The notes: generated by a model not told the origin, from the letters alone. 64,000 nt of DNA from Diplonema japonicum (GCA_964019335.1 OZ025742.1:186001-250000); one strand, 5' to 3'; positions 43,148 to 55,798 are shown, counted from the first letter of the stretch. Numbers and translations: made by a program.

Positions 43148-46100
43148 GAGACATTTAAGGGTACCTGCGGTATGTGGCAGGACGCCTGAAGAGTCTCAAT
43201 CTATCTCTTGATCGAACCTTTCTGCTGTGGTGTGGCCTTCGGCCCCTCGTTCACCCTCCTCGGTACCTTAGGTATAAAACCCTCAACCGAGTTGGTAAGG
43301 ACACAATAGTTGTACAGTTGTTTCTCAAGGATGTGGCGGGTCACCGGGGAGGCAAGGGTGCGCAGGGAGTGGACAGAAACTACTGACGCAGCTGGGATGA
43401 GGGGCGCTATGCCCTTACTGGTGTGGATGCGTTCTAGTGCCGTTATCACCCGGCCTAATACACGCGCGCTCACTTGGATGTCCTCACCCTCTTCACAAGG
43501 CGAGAGTCCCACCGTGGCAATGAAGTCTATGGCCAGCTCAAGCCTGGAGACCTGTCCACCTGTCGTGCCCCAGTGAAGGGCAGAGAGCCATCGGATGACG
43601 TGCGGGATGAGCCGTGGGGAGGTACTGTTGCCTCAAACCATTGTCGTAGTACCACCTCAGTGACCGTGGCTTAAGCAAACTCCCCTTCTCGAAAGGTCTG
43701 TTCCACAAGTGAACGCTGAAGTCCATCGTCTTTTTCCGTGCGAAGGTGAGTTGTAAGCTACCAGTAATCTCCGCCATCATCAGCTGCAACTCGGCAGTGT
43801 CCAGCCCGAGTCCCACTGTCGCGATGCCGTGCAGTTGCGTGCACCGGGGCCACTGGTTACGTTGTGTGCACAGCGCTGCCCGCGTCTCGGAAGCTGTCCT
43901 GATGTGCTCGTGCGCCTGACAGTCCCAGAAGGTGTGCTCCAGGAGTCTCGCCGTGTGTTCCGAAATGTCGAAAGTAGCGTCGCAGCCCATGCATTTCGTC
44001 CGCCCCCCGACCGTGTCATTGATGATCTTGGGGTGGAACGGGAAAACAGCCCCAGGCACACCGTACACCCCAGCATAGTTACGCTTTTCACCGTATCGAA
44101 TAAGGTGCCCCTCATCGCCAGCCTGCTTCTGTACCCCTTCTTGGTGCTAAAGGCCTTAGTTTTCCCCGGGTGTACCGACATGTTCGTCAAGCGGCAGAGC
44201 TCGTCCAGCAAGAGTATGGAACTCTGGACCGCCTTCTCCGAGATCCTAGAGAAGAGGTATAGGTCGTCCGCGTAGGAGATGGGTAGGACTTCTGGACTAG
44301 ACTTCAGGAAGTGTTTCGACTCCGTCCCTGTCACGTTAACGTTCGACCTTGCGGAGAGACTGGGCATGTCCGAGAATATCCTAAGGCCACTGAGATCCAT
44401 GTACGCCAACCTCGACCGGCGTTTGCGCTTCCAGGCGGGGGTAGGGGAGGTGTTTCGCACCACAAACGGAATCCTCCAGGGCTGCCCTATCTCACCCGTC
44501 TTCATCAACGCCATCCTCGCTTACTACACCAGGCGATGCGTCACCACATTCCTGTCGAGCATTTTCCACCTGCGCACACACTTTGAAGAGTAGGTCATCG
44601 ACGCCGTGTTTTGGTCTAAAGCCGTGCTGCGTCGGGGTGATTCAACGTTCCTGCCACTCGAGAATAGCGGGGAGCCTGGCACATGCCCATAGGCGGTAGA
44701 AGGCACTGGAGACCGTGATCGGGCGATGATCTAAGGGCTCTTCCGACTCAGACTTCGGGATCATCGTGATCAAGGCAGTCAGGATTGCTTGTGGCCGCAC
44801 GCCGGTCGTCTCAATCCAGTCAAAGAGGAACAGGAAGCCATCGAGGAGTTCTGGGGGTAGGTGCGCTAGCTCACTCAGCCTCCATCCGTCTACCCCTGCA
44901 CAATGCTGCCGCTGTTTCTTGTTGAGGACCTTCTGAAGCTGCGCAGAGGTGAGCTCCGTGGAACAGGACTCCATGCCTCCCTGAACGCGCGGTCGATCTC
45001 GCCCAGATCGGTGCTGAGCCTCCCGTCAGCCGTCCGGACCGCCAGCAGCTCTCTCGACTGCTTCCCCTGCACTAGTCCCGCTATGGTTTGGCGATGCTTC
45101 GCGAAGTGGTACTCCATCTCCCTCTTGTGCTTAGCACCCCGCGATACTTTGCTAGCGAGGTCCATTGTTCTCTGCACTTGGAGCACCTTCGCCTGCAGCT
45201 CCGCAGCGTCCTTGGCCATATCAACCGTCGGCGCCGCGCTCTCAGGGATGACACGCTGGTTCACTGCTCGTCGTACCACGTTGTCCCATCCCCTACAGAT
45301 CTCATGCGGGGGGGCTCCACATACAGGCTTCAGCCGTTTGACTACAGCAGCACAACCCACGCGGATTTTCTCGAGCGCTAGATATCTCTTTGAGACCGCA
45401 CCCACGCTGTGCGCTGTAGCAGGCGCTGTTATGCGTTTGAGAGTCGGCTCGCCCAAGCTCCCTCGCCCCAGGTAGCTCGGATTAAAACTCTCCCTTGACG
45501 TTCCCAGTAGGTGCCGTTCGCATATCGAGGAAAGGAACTGGTAAGCACTGTCCATGTCCCCCAGCTCCTTAAAAGAAGTCAGAGTCTGAAGGAGGTCCGC
45601 GGGCGGGGGGCGTCTATGTCCGGCTGGAGTCGGGGTAATCTGCCTGGGGATGGAGAACCGGTAGGTCACCTGCTTGAGCGCTGTCACCCCTAGCCTAAGT
45701 CTAAGGGCATGGTGTGAGGGAACCCCGATGTCGACCGTCTCGCAGTCCTTCAGCGTGTGTGCCGCAACCTTGTTGAGCAGGATGTAGTCCGGCCTGGTCC
45801 TTGCCACTGCAGTGACAAAGGTCGGGGGGGTCTCCTCGTTCTTGCGCCTGGCAATTGTGGCGGCCGCGTCCACCCACTGGTTCGCAAGCGCTTCAGCTAG
45901 TACGGGGGACTCCCCTACCGACGTGTTGAAGTCGCCTGTGATCGCCACTGGGACTTCCCCTAGTTCACACGCCGCTAACGGTTTCGTGCAGCAGCCTCTC
46001 CCTTTCCTGTCTGGCGTTTGCTGTGCCGTCTTTCACTGGACAATAGAGGGTGATCACATGCAGCCATGAGTTGGTCCCAATCGCGATCCTTGCGTGCATC

Positions 46101-48020
46101 CTCCGCGACGTCGACATGTCTCCACTGAACACCGCGTTGTCCTTCAGCGCCAGGAGCCGTTTCTTCACCAGGATGCCAACCCCTCCTCGTTCTGCAACAT
46201 CTGGAGCCGCAAGCCCGTGAATCACTTTGCACTCTTGAGGCGGACCCCACAACGTTCTGTGCGCTTAGAGGAATGAGTCAGTCTTCGTCTCCAGCTCGAC
46301 CCTTAGTTGACCTGCCTTCGTGAGGGCCGTCTCCTGCAGACGGGCGATGTCGAAGTACTGCGTCCTAATCCTGGATTCATGATTCCTGTAGTTAGTCATG
46401 TTTGCAGAAAGCAGCACCAGTTCGTCCGGGTCGGCGGGCCCCGGGTTGGGGTGAATGTCACCATGTGTGAGGAGCCTCCTTCGGGCTTCGCCTGCAATCG
46501 ATTTCCTCGAGTGCTTGGCAATGTATCGGCAGCTTCGTGGCAACGCCATCGGCCGGCAGTGGGAGTATAACGCACCGTTGGAGGGAGCACCAAACCAGTC
46601 GGAGGGTATGCAGCGTGGGCTGAGGAGTGAGAGAGCGTCGAGGGTCATCCCATCCAGCGTGATCAGTGTGACAAGCGCGAAAAGGAAAAGGAGCAGGGGA
46701 CGGAGCAGGGAGCCTGACCATGCAGATAGTCAGTTGAATTCATCCTGCGTGATCACCGCTACATCCATAAGTGCTGCCTGGTCAGCATCCCTCTTACACG
46801 TGGGGAGACGGATTCGGCAGCCGTGCGTTCCGCTTCAGCCTCTGCTCTTTGTGAGCGGGGACAGTGGAAATTCGGCCTCTGTAAGCTTCACCCGGGACCT
46901 CCCTTTGGGATGGAACGCGCACCCAACGTGGTTCGGCTTGTCCTCGACCGTCCATTCTCTGATTGAAATGGAGGTCAGGTTGTCTGCACGGTGGATGATG
47001 GGGTTGGAGGGAGCCTCCTCTGCCCTTGCCAGCCATCTCCTCCCCAGCAACCGGCTGAGCTTCTTCACAACCCATCCCTGCATCCTGCAGTCGTCGATGA
47101 TGTCGCACTGCTCGCAGTGCCCAGCCCCCTCGATAACAAATTTCCTCCCCACCTGGTCCTCTGGCAGGAAAACAGCGCCTAGGGACTGCATCACCACGTG
47201 TTGAGCAGTGCCTGGTGGGAGCATGATCGCCAGGCCGATGGGAGTGACCGTGAGGGCTACGCGGAAGTTAGAAGAGGTCCCGGTGAAGGTACGGGGGACA
47301 TCTTGCAGATGGATCGAATCTTTGAGCTGGATGACTTCCAATCACTCTTTGGGGAGTGCGTGTGTCCAATACACATCATTGTCTCTGCTGCCACTGAGGA
47401 GGCGGGCAGTGTGTTGCCAGTCCATGCACACCCTTGCCATCGCACGCTGTGCTGTCCTCTCCACCCGCCAGACGTTGCTCCTCACGACCTCGTACACCCC
47501 CTGCTTGTCCCTTGCTGCTAGCATGGCCATCCTGGCTCCCATCTGACGTCTTCACCCATTGTGTGGTGGTGCAGAACTTCTTGGCGATAATCACCACGAG
47601 GACAACGGACCTGTTAGTCCTCATTTGGGGCTTGTCGCCGTCGGCCATCACCAGGTCGTAGTGCTCACCAGCAGTCCAGAGGGCCTTGATGCCTCTGCTG
47701 GTGGGGGTTGCAACTTCCCTAGTGGCCTCAAACCGGGTTTTCAAGACGACACAATAGTCGAGCTTGAGACTTGCCAGGACTGCAGGTTCAGGGCGAGGAG
47801 TCGAAGTAGATCCCTTTGACGAGTGGCTCAGGGACCTTGTAGCTTGTCAGCCCATGAAGAGGTTTCAGGCTGCTTCTGTGGGTTCGTCCTGGGTTTGATA
47901 GGCCCACTGACCATCTTCCACTTCCCAGCCTTCTGTCACTGCGGTTGCTTTCTGAAGTGGGGTCTTTTTTCCTTAGCGATACCTGCAAGCCAGTCTTCAA
48001 CACTCCCGAAGTGTCCTGTA
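43148..48020 (-). mobile_element. Decayed non-LTR retrotransposon: ORF1-like region, 2A-like peptide, APE endonuclease, RT, CCHC knuckle
   Basis: APE motifs LLSAN, DIARLQET, GGVGIL, GDFN, RPDYIL and PSHH. RT motifs LITMIPK..DHRPIT, QHGFR, LDFRKCFDSV, GILQGCPISP, YADD and MLG. Knuckle CMGC...H...C. Contains frameshifts, stops, an internal inversion and an apparent deletion after RT; ends are approximate. Confidence 0.88.
46436..46474 (-). other. 2A-like ribosome-skipping motif LLTHGDIHPNPGP
   Basis: Variant of D(V/I)ExNPGP immediately upstream of the APE domain. Confidence 0.7.
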
Positions 48021-48134
48021 TGTGATTGGGAAAATTGAAGGGGGGAAAAATCTCTTTTTTTTCCATTACAGCAAGCACCCTCCAGAAGAAAAGGAGCTCT
48101 TCATTCCGCAGAACCTACAAGAGGTAAGAACGGA

Positions 48135-48177
<43 letters not shown>

Positions 48178-48847
48178 TCTCTCCGCCCCTTCTCTTCTGC
48201 CCCCACTTCCTGTGTTGATGTTTTTTTTTTTTTTTTTTTTTTTTTTTTTCCTTTTTTTTTTTCCTCTTTCCTTTTTTTTTCTTCCAGTCGAGGCGTCCCC
48301 TTTCTTTTTTTATACTTTTCATGTGCAATAGAGGGGTGAGTTTAAAAAAAAAAAAAAGCAATTTTTTTATTTCTAAAAGAAAAGTTTGGAGAACGAGAAG
48401 GGAAGAAAAAGAGAAAAACAAATCAATGACAGTGGAAGAGTGCGGGAGAGTTCGGCGGAAAAAGGGGAGATAAATGGGGAGGGGAAAGGGAACCCTGGTG
48501 GTCCGTTGCAATTTCCCCCGTGATCCCCCCACTGTAGTTATGTTTTTTTTTTTTTTTTTTTTTTTTTTTTTCTCTTCTTTTTTGACTGGTGCTACCTTCT
48601 CCCCGTAGCGAAAATGATCTCTCTACGTTGCCCTTGAGATTGTATAGTGCTTTTCATCTTTTCTTTAGTCTCTTCCTTTTATAGAATAAAGGCGCTGTGC
48701 TCCGGGGTGTGATCTGCAGTTCTGGCTGTGGCTCCCTTCTATCCCCCCTCCTCCCATAATAGTCGAAATTTCCCCCTTTTCTTGTTCCCCTTTGTTGTGT
48801 GAGTGTTGTATAAAATTCCGTTTTGAGCTTCACCCATCCCTTTCTCC

Positions 48848-48886
<39 letters not shown>

Positions 48887-49093
48887 CCTTCCGTAATTTT
48901 ACCCCTTTGTGACCTGTCCCACTGCCCGCAAAAGGGAACGAGAGAGAAGAAAAATAATAAGAAGAAAAAGAAAAGGATTTTATTTCTATTTTTTCTCCTT
49001 AAAAGCGGATGGGGAAAAAAAAAAGAGGTTAGAAGAAGAAGAGTCGGCAGACTTCAAACAAGCCCTGCAGGGAAAGAAAAAAAATACTGACAC

Positions 49094-49868
49094 ATGAACA
49101 GCGACGAGGTGTCCAGCTGTGAGTACCAAAAGTTCAAAGATGATTTTGATAAATATGTGTCTGGTAACCTAAGAACTTCAAAGGAGGCAGAGTACATGCA
49201 AACCCACGAGGATGAGGAGGCGATTCTCACCGAGAAATTGGAGAACCTCCGGAAAAGATGGTGTTTGGACAAAACGTGCGAAAGGAGAGAGATATGACAA
49301 GTTCGATGTCAACAATGTCAGTACGGGGTTCACACATAAATGGATAGCAGAAGGTGTGAAAGAAGGGAGAGTAAAACACGTAATCAGCACTAACGTCGAC
49401 AACCTCCACGTGAAGAGCGGTCTGGTTCGAAAGGAGAACCTCTCAGAGCTCCATGGCAACTTGTTCATCGGGGAGTGTAGGGGTTGTGGGAAGGAATTCA
49501 AGCTTCCGAACCCTTTACAGCTTGACGACACGACACGCCTGGAACACACTATCACCCCACCCATCCCGTGCTCTGTTTGCTCCAAGCCGCTTTGTGACAA
49601 TGTCGTCTCGTTCCATAGCACCTTCGAAGATGTGCCGTCTATGGAAGCCATCCATGACGCAGCGTGCGTTCAATGCATCAAAGCAGACCTTTTGCTTGTT
49701 TTGGGTTCATCCCTCTCTGTCCCGTCTGCGTGCGACCTTATCGATACCACGCATGAGAAAGGTGGTAAAGTTGTTATTGTGAATCGGCAAAGAACGCCCA
49801 AGGACAGATTCGCTGTCATGAATGTGTTTGCAGATTGCGCTGATGTTGTCAGACAGCTGCCTTGGTGA
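49094..49868 (+). pseudogene. Sirtuin (SIRT6/7-like) with the NAD-binding GAGIS motif deleted and a frameshift
   Basis: GVWT, STNVDNLH, ELHGN, CxxC pairs, LGSSL and VN.Q.TP.D are present. The N-terminal frame joins out of frame at about 49247, and GAGIST..GIPDFR is absent. Confidence 0.72.
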
Positions 49869-50267
49869 TTTGTTTTCTCTTTTCCTCCCCGCCTTCTTTT
49901 CCCTCTTTCTCTTTCCTTACATATCCAAATGAGGAAACGACAGCTTATTTGCGAGACTTTCGGCTAGTCCAAAGTGGGTAACAACACCTCCCTCAAGCGA
50001 GTTGTTTTACTGACCCGTGGGAACACACCCACGGAGAATCCTTATGGGTCCTGTACAGCAAGACATTTTGTCCTCATTAACAAAAAAAAAAAAAAAAGTG
50101 GTATCTACTTTTTTCTTTGGGTGCCTCTGCCATGGGGGCTCTTGCTAACCTCTCATTCTTGACGTCCCCTCGCGGAAGTTGGTATTTTTCTCTTTTTTTT
50201 TTTTTTTTATTACAGCAATCTTTTCCATCTTCATGCCAGGTGCTTCAAGACCAAATACACAAAAAAA

Positions 50268-50304
<37 letters not shown>

Positions 50305-51948
50305 GTGTGATTGACATCGAACTCTGAGTGTGACATGTATTTCAAAGTGCAGTACTTGGGAATAATACCCCAAAGTGACTGTGAGGCTCCCCTGAGCAAT
50401 ACAGAGACGGAGACAGAAGAAGAACCAGAGACCAGACCTTGGAAGGCAAAGAAACTGAGGAAGACCCGGGCATCATCTGCTGCAAGAACAAGCAGGTGCA
50501 TGAACTGCGTTGAGGAGGATGTGTGTTCTATTAATTCCAGTGATAGTGAAGGGTACTTCAGCACTTACTAAAGTACCCTGCCAAGTGAACTGTCCAGCTA
50601 CAATAGCTGGGTAACTGCGAGGAGGGATCAAGGAAGGTGGCAATGGAGGGAGGGACAACTTGTTTCTTTTTTATTTATTTTTTCCTTCTCGTTGTCTCCC
50701 CCCACTCCCTTCTTCCCCCTTTTTTTATTTTTTTTTTTATTTTTTTACAATATGACTCCTCCAGCTAAAAGTGATACCTTAATTTCTGGTTAAAAACCTG
50801 GTTTTGATTTACTAATCCCAATTTTCTAAAAATTTCTAAATTATGTTGATGTTCGCTCTCAAAAAATCACCAAAATCTCATTTTGTGAACAACAGTTGGA
50901 GAGGACCGACGATTTGTGTTTGCTTGTGTCAAACAACATCCCCTTTTTAGCTGGATGGGGTCATATAATTTTCTCTTTAAGAATAATGATTTAAAAAAAA
51001 AAAGAATGGGAGGTGGGGGGATAGCTCCTTTTGTGTTTCTCTTTCCCTCCTGCTTTATACCCCCCGTTTTTCTTTGTTAACTACTATCCAAGGTCTAAGG
51101 TTCTCTTTTTTTTCATTCCAAACAAAAATTCCGGTCCTTTTTACAAGAAAGGAAGAGAACGGCCCAGAGAAGAAAAAAAAAAGAAGGGAAAAAAAAAAAA
51201 CTGAAAAAAAAAGGGGGGCAACACTTCAACATTACGCTGCTCTGGTTGAAGGAAACCCCCCTGGCCAACTGAAAGAAGAAAAAAAAAATTGTCATACTAT
51301 TTCTTTATTTTAGTTACAAAATTCCTATTTTTTTTTTTTTCTATATTGAGATTCCCCTAACAGAACTTTTATTTCCTCTCTTGTTCATCCCTTTCTGCAT
51401 TATTATCCTCCCCCACTCATATCCCCCCCTCTTTTTTTCTGCTAACTTTCTGCTTCCTCTCTCCTTGTAAAAGTGAAAAAATGTCTTTCTTTCTCTCTTT
51501 GATCTTAAGATGCATGATGAACGAAGGGTGTACAAATCTTCTATTTTCCTCATTTGGCATTTTGCATGTATCCTTGTTATTTTACGAAAATTCTGGGAAA
51601 CAAGAAAAAAAAAAGAAAAAGAATTAAACACTCAGTTTGCTTCTATCGTTGGCACAGGTCAAGAAGAAAGAAATCAGAGATAATAATGTGATCAGCAAAA
51701 AAAAAAAAAAAAATCAGCCCTCCCCCTCCCCTTTCTTTTTTTGTTTTTCTTACACTTGAAACTGCAAGGAAGGAAAGGGGGAAAAGGAACAGTTTTTTTT
51801 TTTTTTCTCTCTCTTTGTCTCCCTCTGCTTGGTTTTTATTAGATAATAAAATGAAAGGGGAGGGGAGGGAATAGAAAAATAAAAAGAATGGAAAAATCAA
51901 AAAAAAGTTAAAAAAGAGAAATAAAAAGCAACATACGTTTTTTTTCTT

Positions 51949-51979
<31 letters not shown>

Positions 51980-52084
51980 CGTTTCTCCCTCCCTCAATTC
52001 TTTTTATTAAACAAATTCTCAACAACAAATAAAAAAATAATAATAAAAAGTGGGAGGGGAAAAAAGACAAAAAAAAAAAAAAGA

Positions 52085-53250
52085 ATGACCAAGTGCTCCT
52101 TAGAAGAAGTGCTTTCAGAAGCCAGAAACTGGACCACAGAATTCAGCAATGTGTGTTTCAAGGTAATGTACATGGACTACCTTGTTGCTCCACTTATACA
52201 ACAAAACACTAAAGAAGTCAAGCAAACTGTTGATGACCAGTTACATCACTGTTTTGCAGATGACATGGCTGTGGTGGCAAGTGGAAACAGTATGGAAGAA
52301 GTGGAGGCACAAGCAAGAAGTCAAGAAGACATGGAAGGTGTGTGGGTGGTCAGAAAAGTGGGGCCTAAATCTGTCAAAGATGAAGACATGCATGATGGCA
52401 TCAGGGCCAAATAAGAAGACAGAATGCAGACCAGTCATGTATCACAAGGATGCAGCAGGGCAGCAAACACTGTTAACATACCAAGAAGAGCCAGTGTTCC
52501 TTGGGTGAAATTCAATGAGAAGATGAACTTCAGGGCACACTTTGTATTCATGATCAAACACTTCTGGTGATGCACAGCAGTCATGAAGGCACTTGCAGGC
52601 ACCAAGTGGGGGTGCAAAGCATCAACCCTCCACACTGTCTACCTCACCTATGTCTTACCTGTGGCAATACGCCCAGAGTCCTGGAGTGTACAGACCCACC
52701 CTGACAGCCAGAGACATTGCAATGTTGGAAGTAGCACACAACACAGCAGCATGCATCATAACAGGCTGCTCCTATGACACTATCCAAGACCTCCTGAAAA
52801 TAGCAAGACTGATCTGTGGATGCAGAACAAGGTGGTGCAGGAGCCTATGTCCAGACTGTCACAGGGAGTGAGGTGTATCTGATCAGAGACTCATGCCTGG
52901 TGACAGCTGCCAGGCAGAGCTGACAGCCCTGGAGATGGCACTCGAGCACTGTGAGACAACAGCAAAACCAGGGGCCCTCCTCACCAACTCACTTTCAGCC
53001 TTGCAAAAACTTCAAGGGCCAACAAGGCAGAGAGAGTCACATGATATGCCTTGGAGAGGCATGGGGTTCAACCCCTTTTCAATATGGCAAAGTGAAGACA
53101 GGATGCTACAAGGTGTTCAAGAGGGTCACCACCATTGAGGTAGCAGGCAAAGACATTAACAGGAAAGTAAAAGAAGTGCAGAAGTAGCAAAGTGTGTCAG
53201 TGGTGGCACCTTCTTCACCTCAATCCTGGGACCTTTCAACCCCAATATTG
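52085..53250 (+). mobile_element. Highly decayed Ingi/I-group-like non-LTR retrotransposon fragment (RT thumb and RNase H)
   Basis: FADDMAV, WGLNLS..KT, PVFLG, ALAGTKWGC...L..VY, AACIITG, S.QAELTAL and TNSLSAL occur in broken frames. Confidence 0.75.
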
Positions 53251-53342
53251 CCAGCCATGCCCCCATTCCACCCAAGGTAGGCTATCAGGTAGTCTTTGTG
53301 CTATTGGGGTGTCTTGTTGGGTTATTTTTTAAAACAACCTGC

Positions 53343-54046
53343 CAATAAAGTACAGTAAAAACAGGGGGGGGGGGGGGGGGGGGAAATACAAAGAATGAGA
53401 AGGGTAAGTTATAAAGGAAAGAAAAATGACAGATGGACCATTACTAGGCCAAGTACAGGTGCCCTTCATGAAAAAAATCTTTTTTTCTGAGGTAAAATAT
53501 CACTATTCAGGTGTTTTTGACTATTTTTTTTGTGAGGAAAAAAATTCTTTGGGCACTTTTTTTTTTTGACCCATGACCATCTCACTTTCACTATTAGCCT
53601 CATTAAGGTCTAGAATAGGTATTTTTGAGGGAAAAAAAATTTTTTTTTGAGCAAAAATCAATTTAAGGGTGTTTTTGGCCACTTTTTTTTGGGAGGAAAA
53701 GCAATTTTTTTGGCTACTATTTTTTTTTCTTTCAGCACACCATGCACCCAATAAAGTACAGTAAAAAAAAAGGGGGGGAAATACAAAGAATGAGAAGGGT
53801 AAGTCAAAGGAGAGAAAACCAACAGATAGACCATTACTAGGCCTGATATAGGCACCCTTATGGAAAAAAATCAATTTTTCTGAGGTAAAAAACCACTTTT
53901 CAGGTGTTTTTGACCACTTGTTCATGTGAAAAATAGTTTTTTTTGGGCACCTTTTTTTTGACCCCCCAAACTTCTCACTTTCACCCCACTTCACTAAATG
54001 CCTCTATTGAGGCCTAGGATAGGTACTTTTGAGAAAAAAAAAATTA
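53343..54046. repeat. Degenerate tandem repeat of about 400 bp (about 1.7 copies), CpG-free
   Basis: CAATAAAGTACAGTAAAAA..GGGAAATACAAAGAATGAGAAGGGTAAGT at 53343 and 53749, and AGG.CTAG.ATAGGTA.TTTTGAG near 53606 and 54010. Confidence 0.7.
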
Positions 54047-54998
54047 GAGAACCGTTCAGCTGGAGGAGCTTGAGAGCTCAGAAGTGGTTTCAGAGCTTGA
54101 GGAGCTTGTGACAGCTGACCCTGAGCTGGTTCTGGTGGTGGAGGTGGGGAACTCGCCAGCTGTCGAAGTCTTGTCCATGAAGACGACGGTCCTTCCTTCC
54201 GGACTTCGGTTCCTCGTTGTCACCGACTCCACAGGCTGTGTTACAAGGATAGGCTCTTGGTTTCTTGAAGAGTGCGACCACCTGACGTCTGTTGATCTCA
54301 TCCTCCCCAATGTTTCCACCATTGATGAAAATCTTTTATATGGGTGCAACAATCTAGAAACCATCAACTTGAATGCGATGACCAATCTTTCTTCCATTGG
54401 TGATGGCTTCTTGGAAGGGTGCGTAAAACTAGAAACCATCGACTTGAATGCGATGACCAATCTTTCTTCTATTGGTCATTACTTCTTGTCTGAGTGCATA
54501 AAACTAGAAACCATCAACTTGAATGCGATGACCAATCTTTCTTCCATTGGTAATCGCTTCTTGTTTAGGTGCGTAAAACTAGAAACCATCAACTTGAATG
54601 CGATGACCAATCTTTCTTCCATTGGTAATGGCTTCTTGTTTAGGTGCGTAAAACTAGAAACCATCGACTTGAATGCGATGACCAATCTTTCTTCTATTGG
54701 TGATTACTTCTTGGAGGGGTGCAAAAAACTAGAAACCATCGACTTGAATGCGATGACCAATCTTTCTTCTACTGGTGATAGCTTCTTGGAAGGGTGCGAA
54801 GAACTAGAAACCATCGACTTGAATGTGATGACCAATCTTTCTTCCATTGGTCATTGCTTCTTGTTAGGGTGCGAAAAACTAGAAACCATCGACTTGAATA
54901 CGTTGACCAATCTTTCTTCCATTGGTGATGGCTTCTTGTCTGGGTGCGTAAAACTAGAATCTGTCGACTTGAATTTAAAAAGAAAAGTCGGTGTTTAG
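54047..54998 (+). pseudogene. 5'-truncated copy 1 of the UBL/BspA-type LRR gene (8 units plus cap)
   Basis: Identity to copies 2 and 3 starts abruptly at GAGAACCGTTCAG. The UBL domain and ATG are missing; the remaining frame is open. Confidence 0.75.
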
Positions 54999-55798
54999 AA
55001 GAAGAAGAAAAAAAGAGGGGAAAAAAAAGAAGAAAAAAGAACACCCTGGCGCTGAGAAACATCTTTGTGGAAAAACCAACGAAAAGCAATCCAATACCTC
55101 GAAGACACCGGGGACCTGCCCCCCTCCGCAACAACTCCACAACAACCATCTAACCTGCTGAAGTAGCATGCCGATCAGAAGGCGGCTGAGGCACTTGTCA
55201 TTTAATCAGAATCCCGAGATCCCATCCCTGATCCCCAAATAGAGAGTGTACCATCCTGTTTCTCGAGGAAACAGAGAACCTACCCCCTCCCCACCACAGC
55301 ACCCGACCAATCAGATGCAGCAGTGTGAAAAAAAAAAGCCCCCCTCTCCCCAAACAAAACAAACAAACAAACATTAGTAGCCAAAAAAAAAAAAAAAAAA
55401 AAAAAAAAAGTGTAAAGTGTTAAACAGCCAGAAAAGCTTGTGGAAATAGAACACCAAGAAAAAAAAAGAGAGAAAAAAAGACCAGGACACCCCCTCCCCG
55501 GTCGTGAGAGGCCTATGGGTGTGGCACGCCATGTCTGAAACGTTTAGCTCCCTTGAAGCTCACACCAGTGTGCGAGTTTGGCCCATTTTATTTTGGCACG
55601 TTGGCGATGGCTGTGGTGGTCGTCGCAAGAGCGCCTGCAGGAAGTATTGGACGATAACAGTTAATGGGTCAGTAATGGGAGTAGGTTTTTTTATTTTCTA
55701 GAGGTTCTTCTTCTTCATTTGACTCCTGCAGCCTTCGAGACAAAGCACACAGGGAAAATACATTAGAAAAAAAGAATAAAATACGAACCCAAAAGAAC

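Noticed and set aside
44292-44540. Recombinase-controlled invertible switch in RT
   Set aside because: There are no inverted recombination sites, and the element is already broken by other stops and frameshifts.
50311-50571. Short plus-strand ORF with YLG
   Set aside because: Too little signal to call a gene or an RT fragment.
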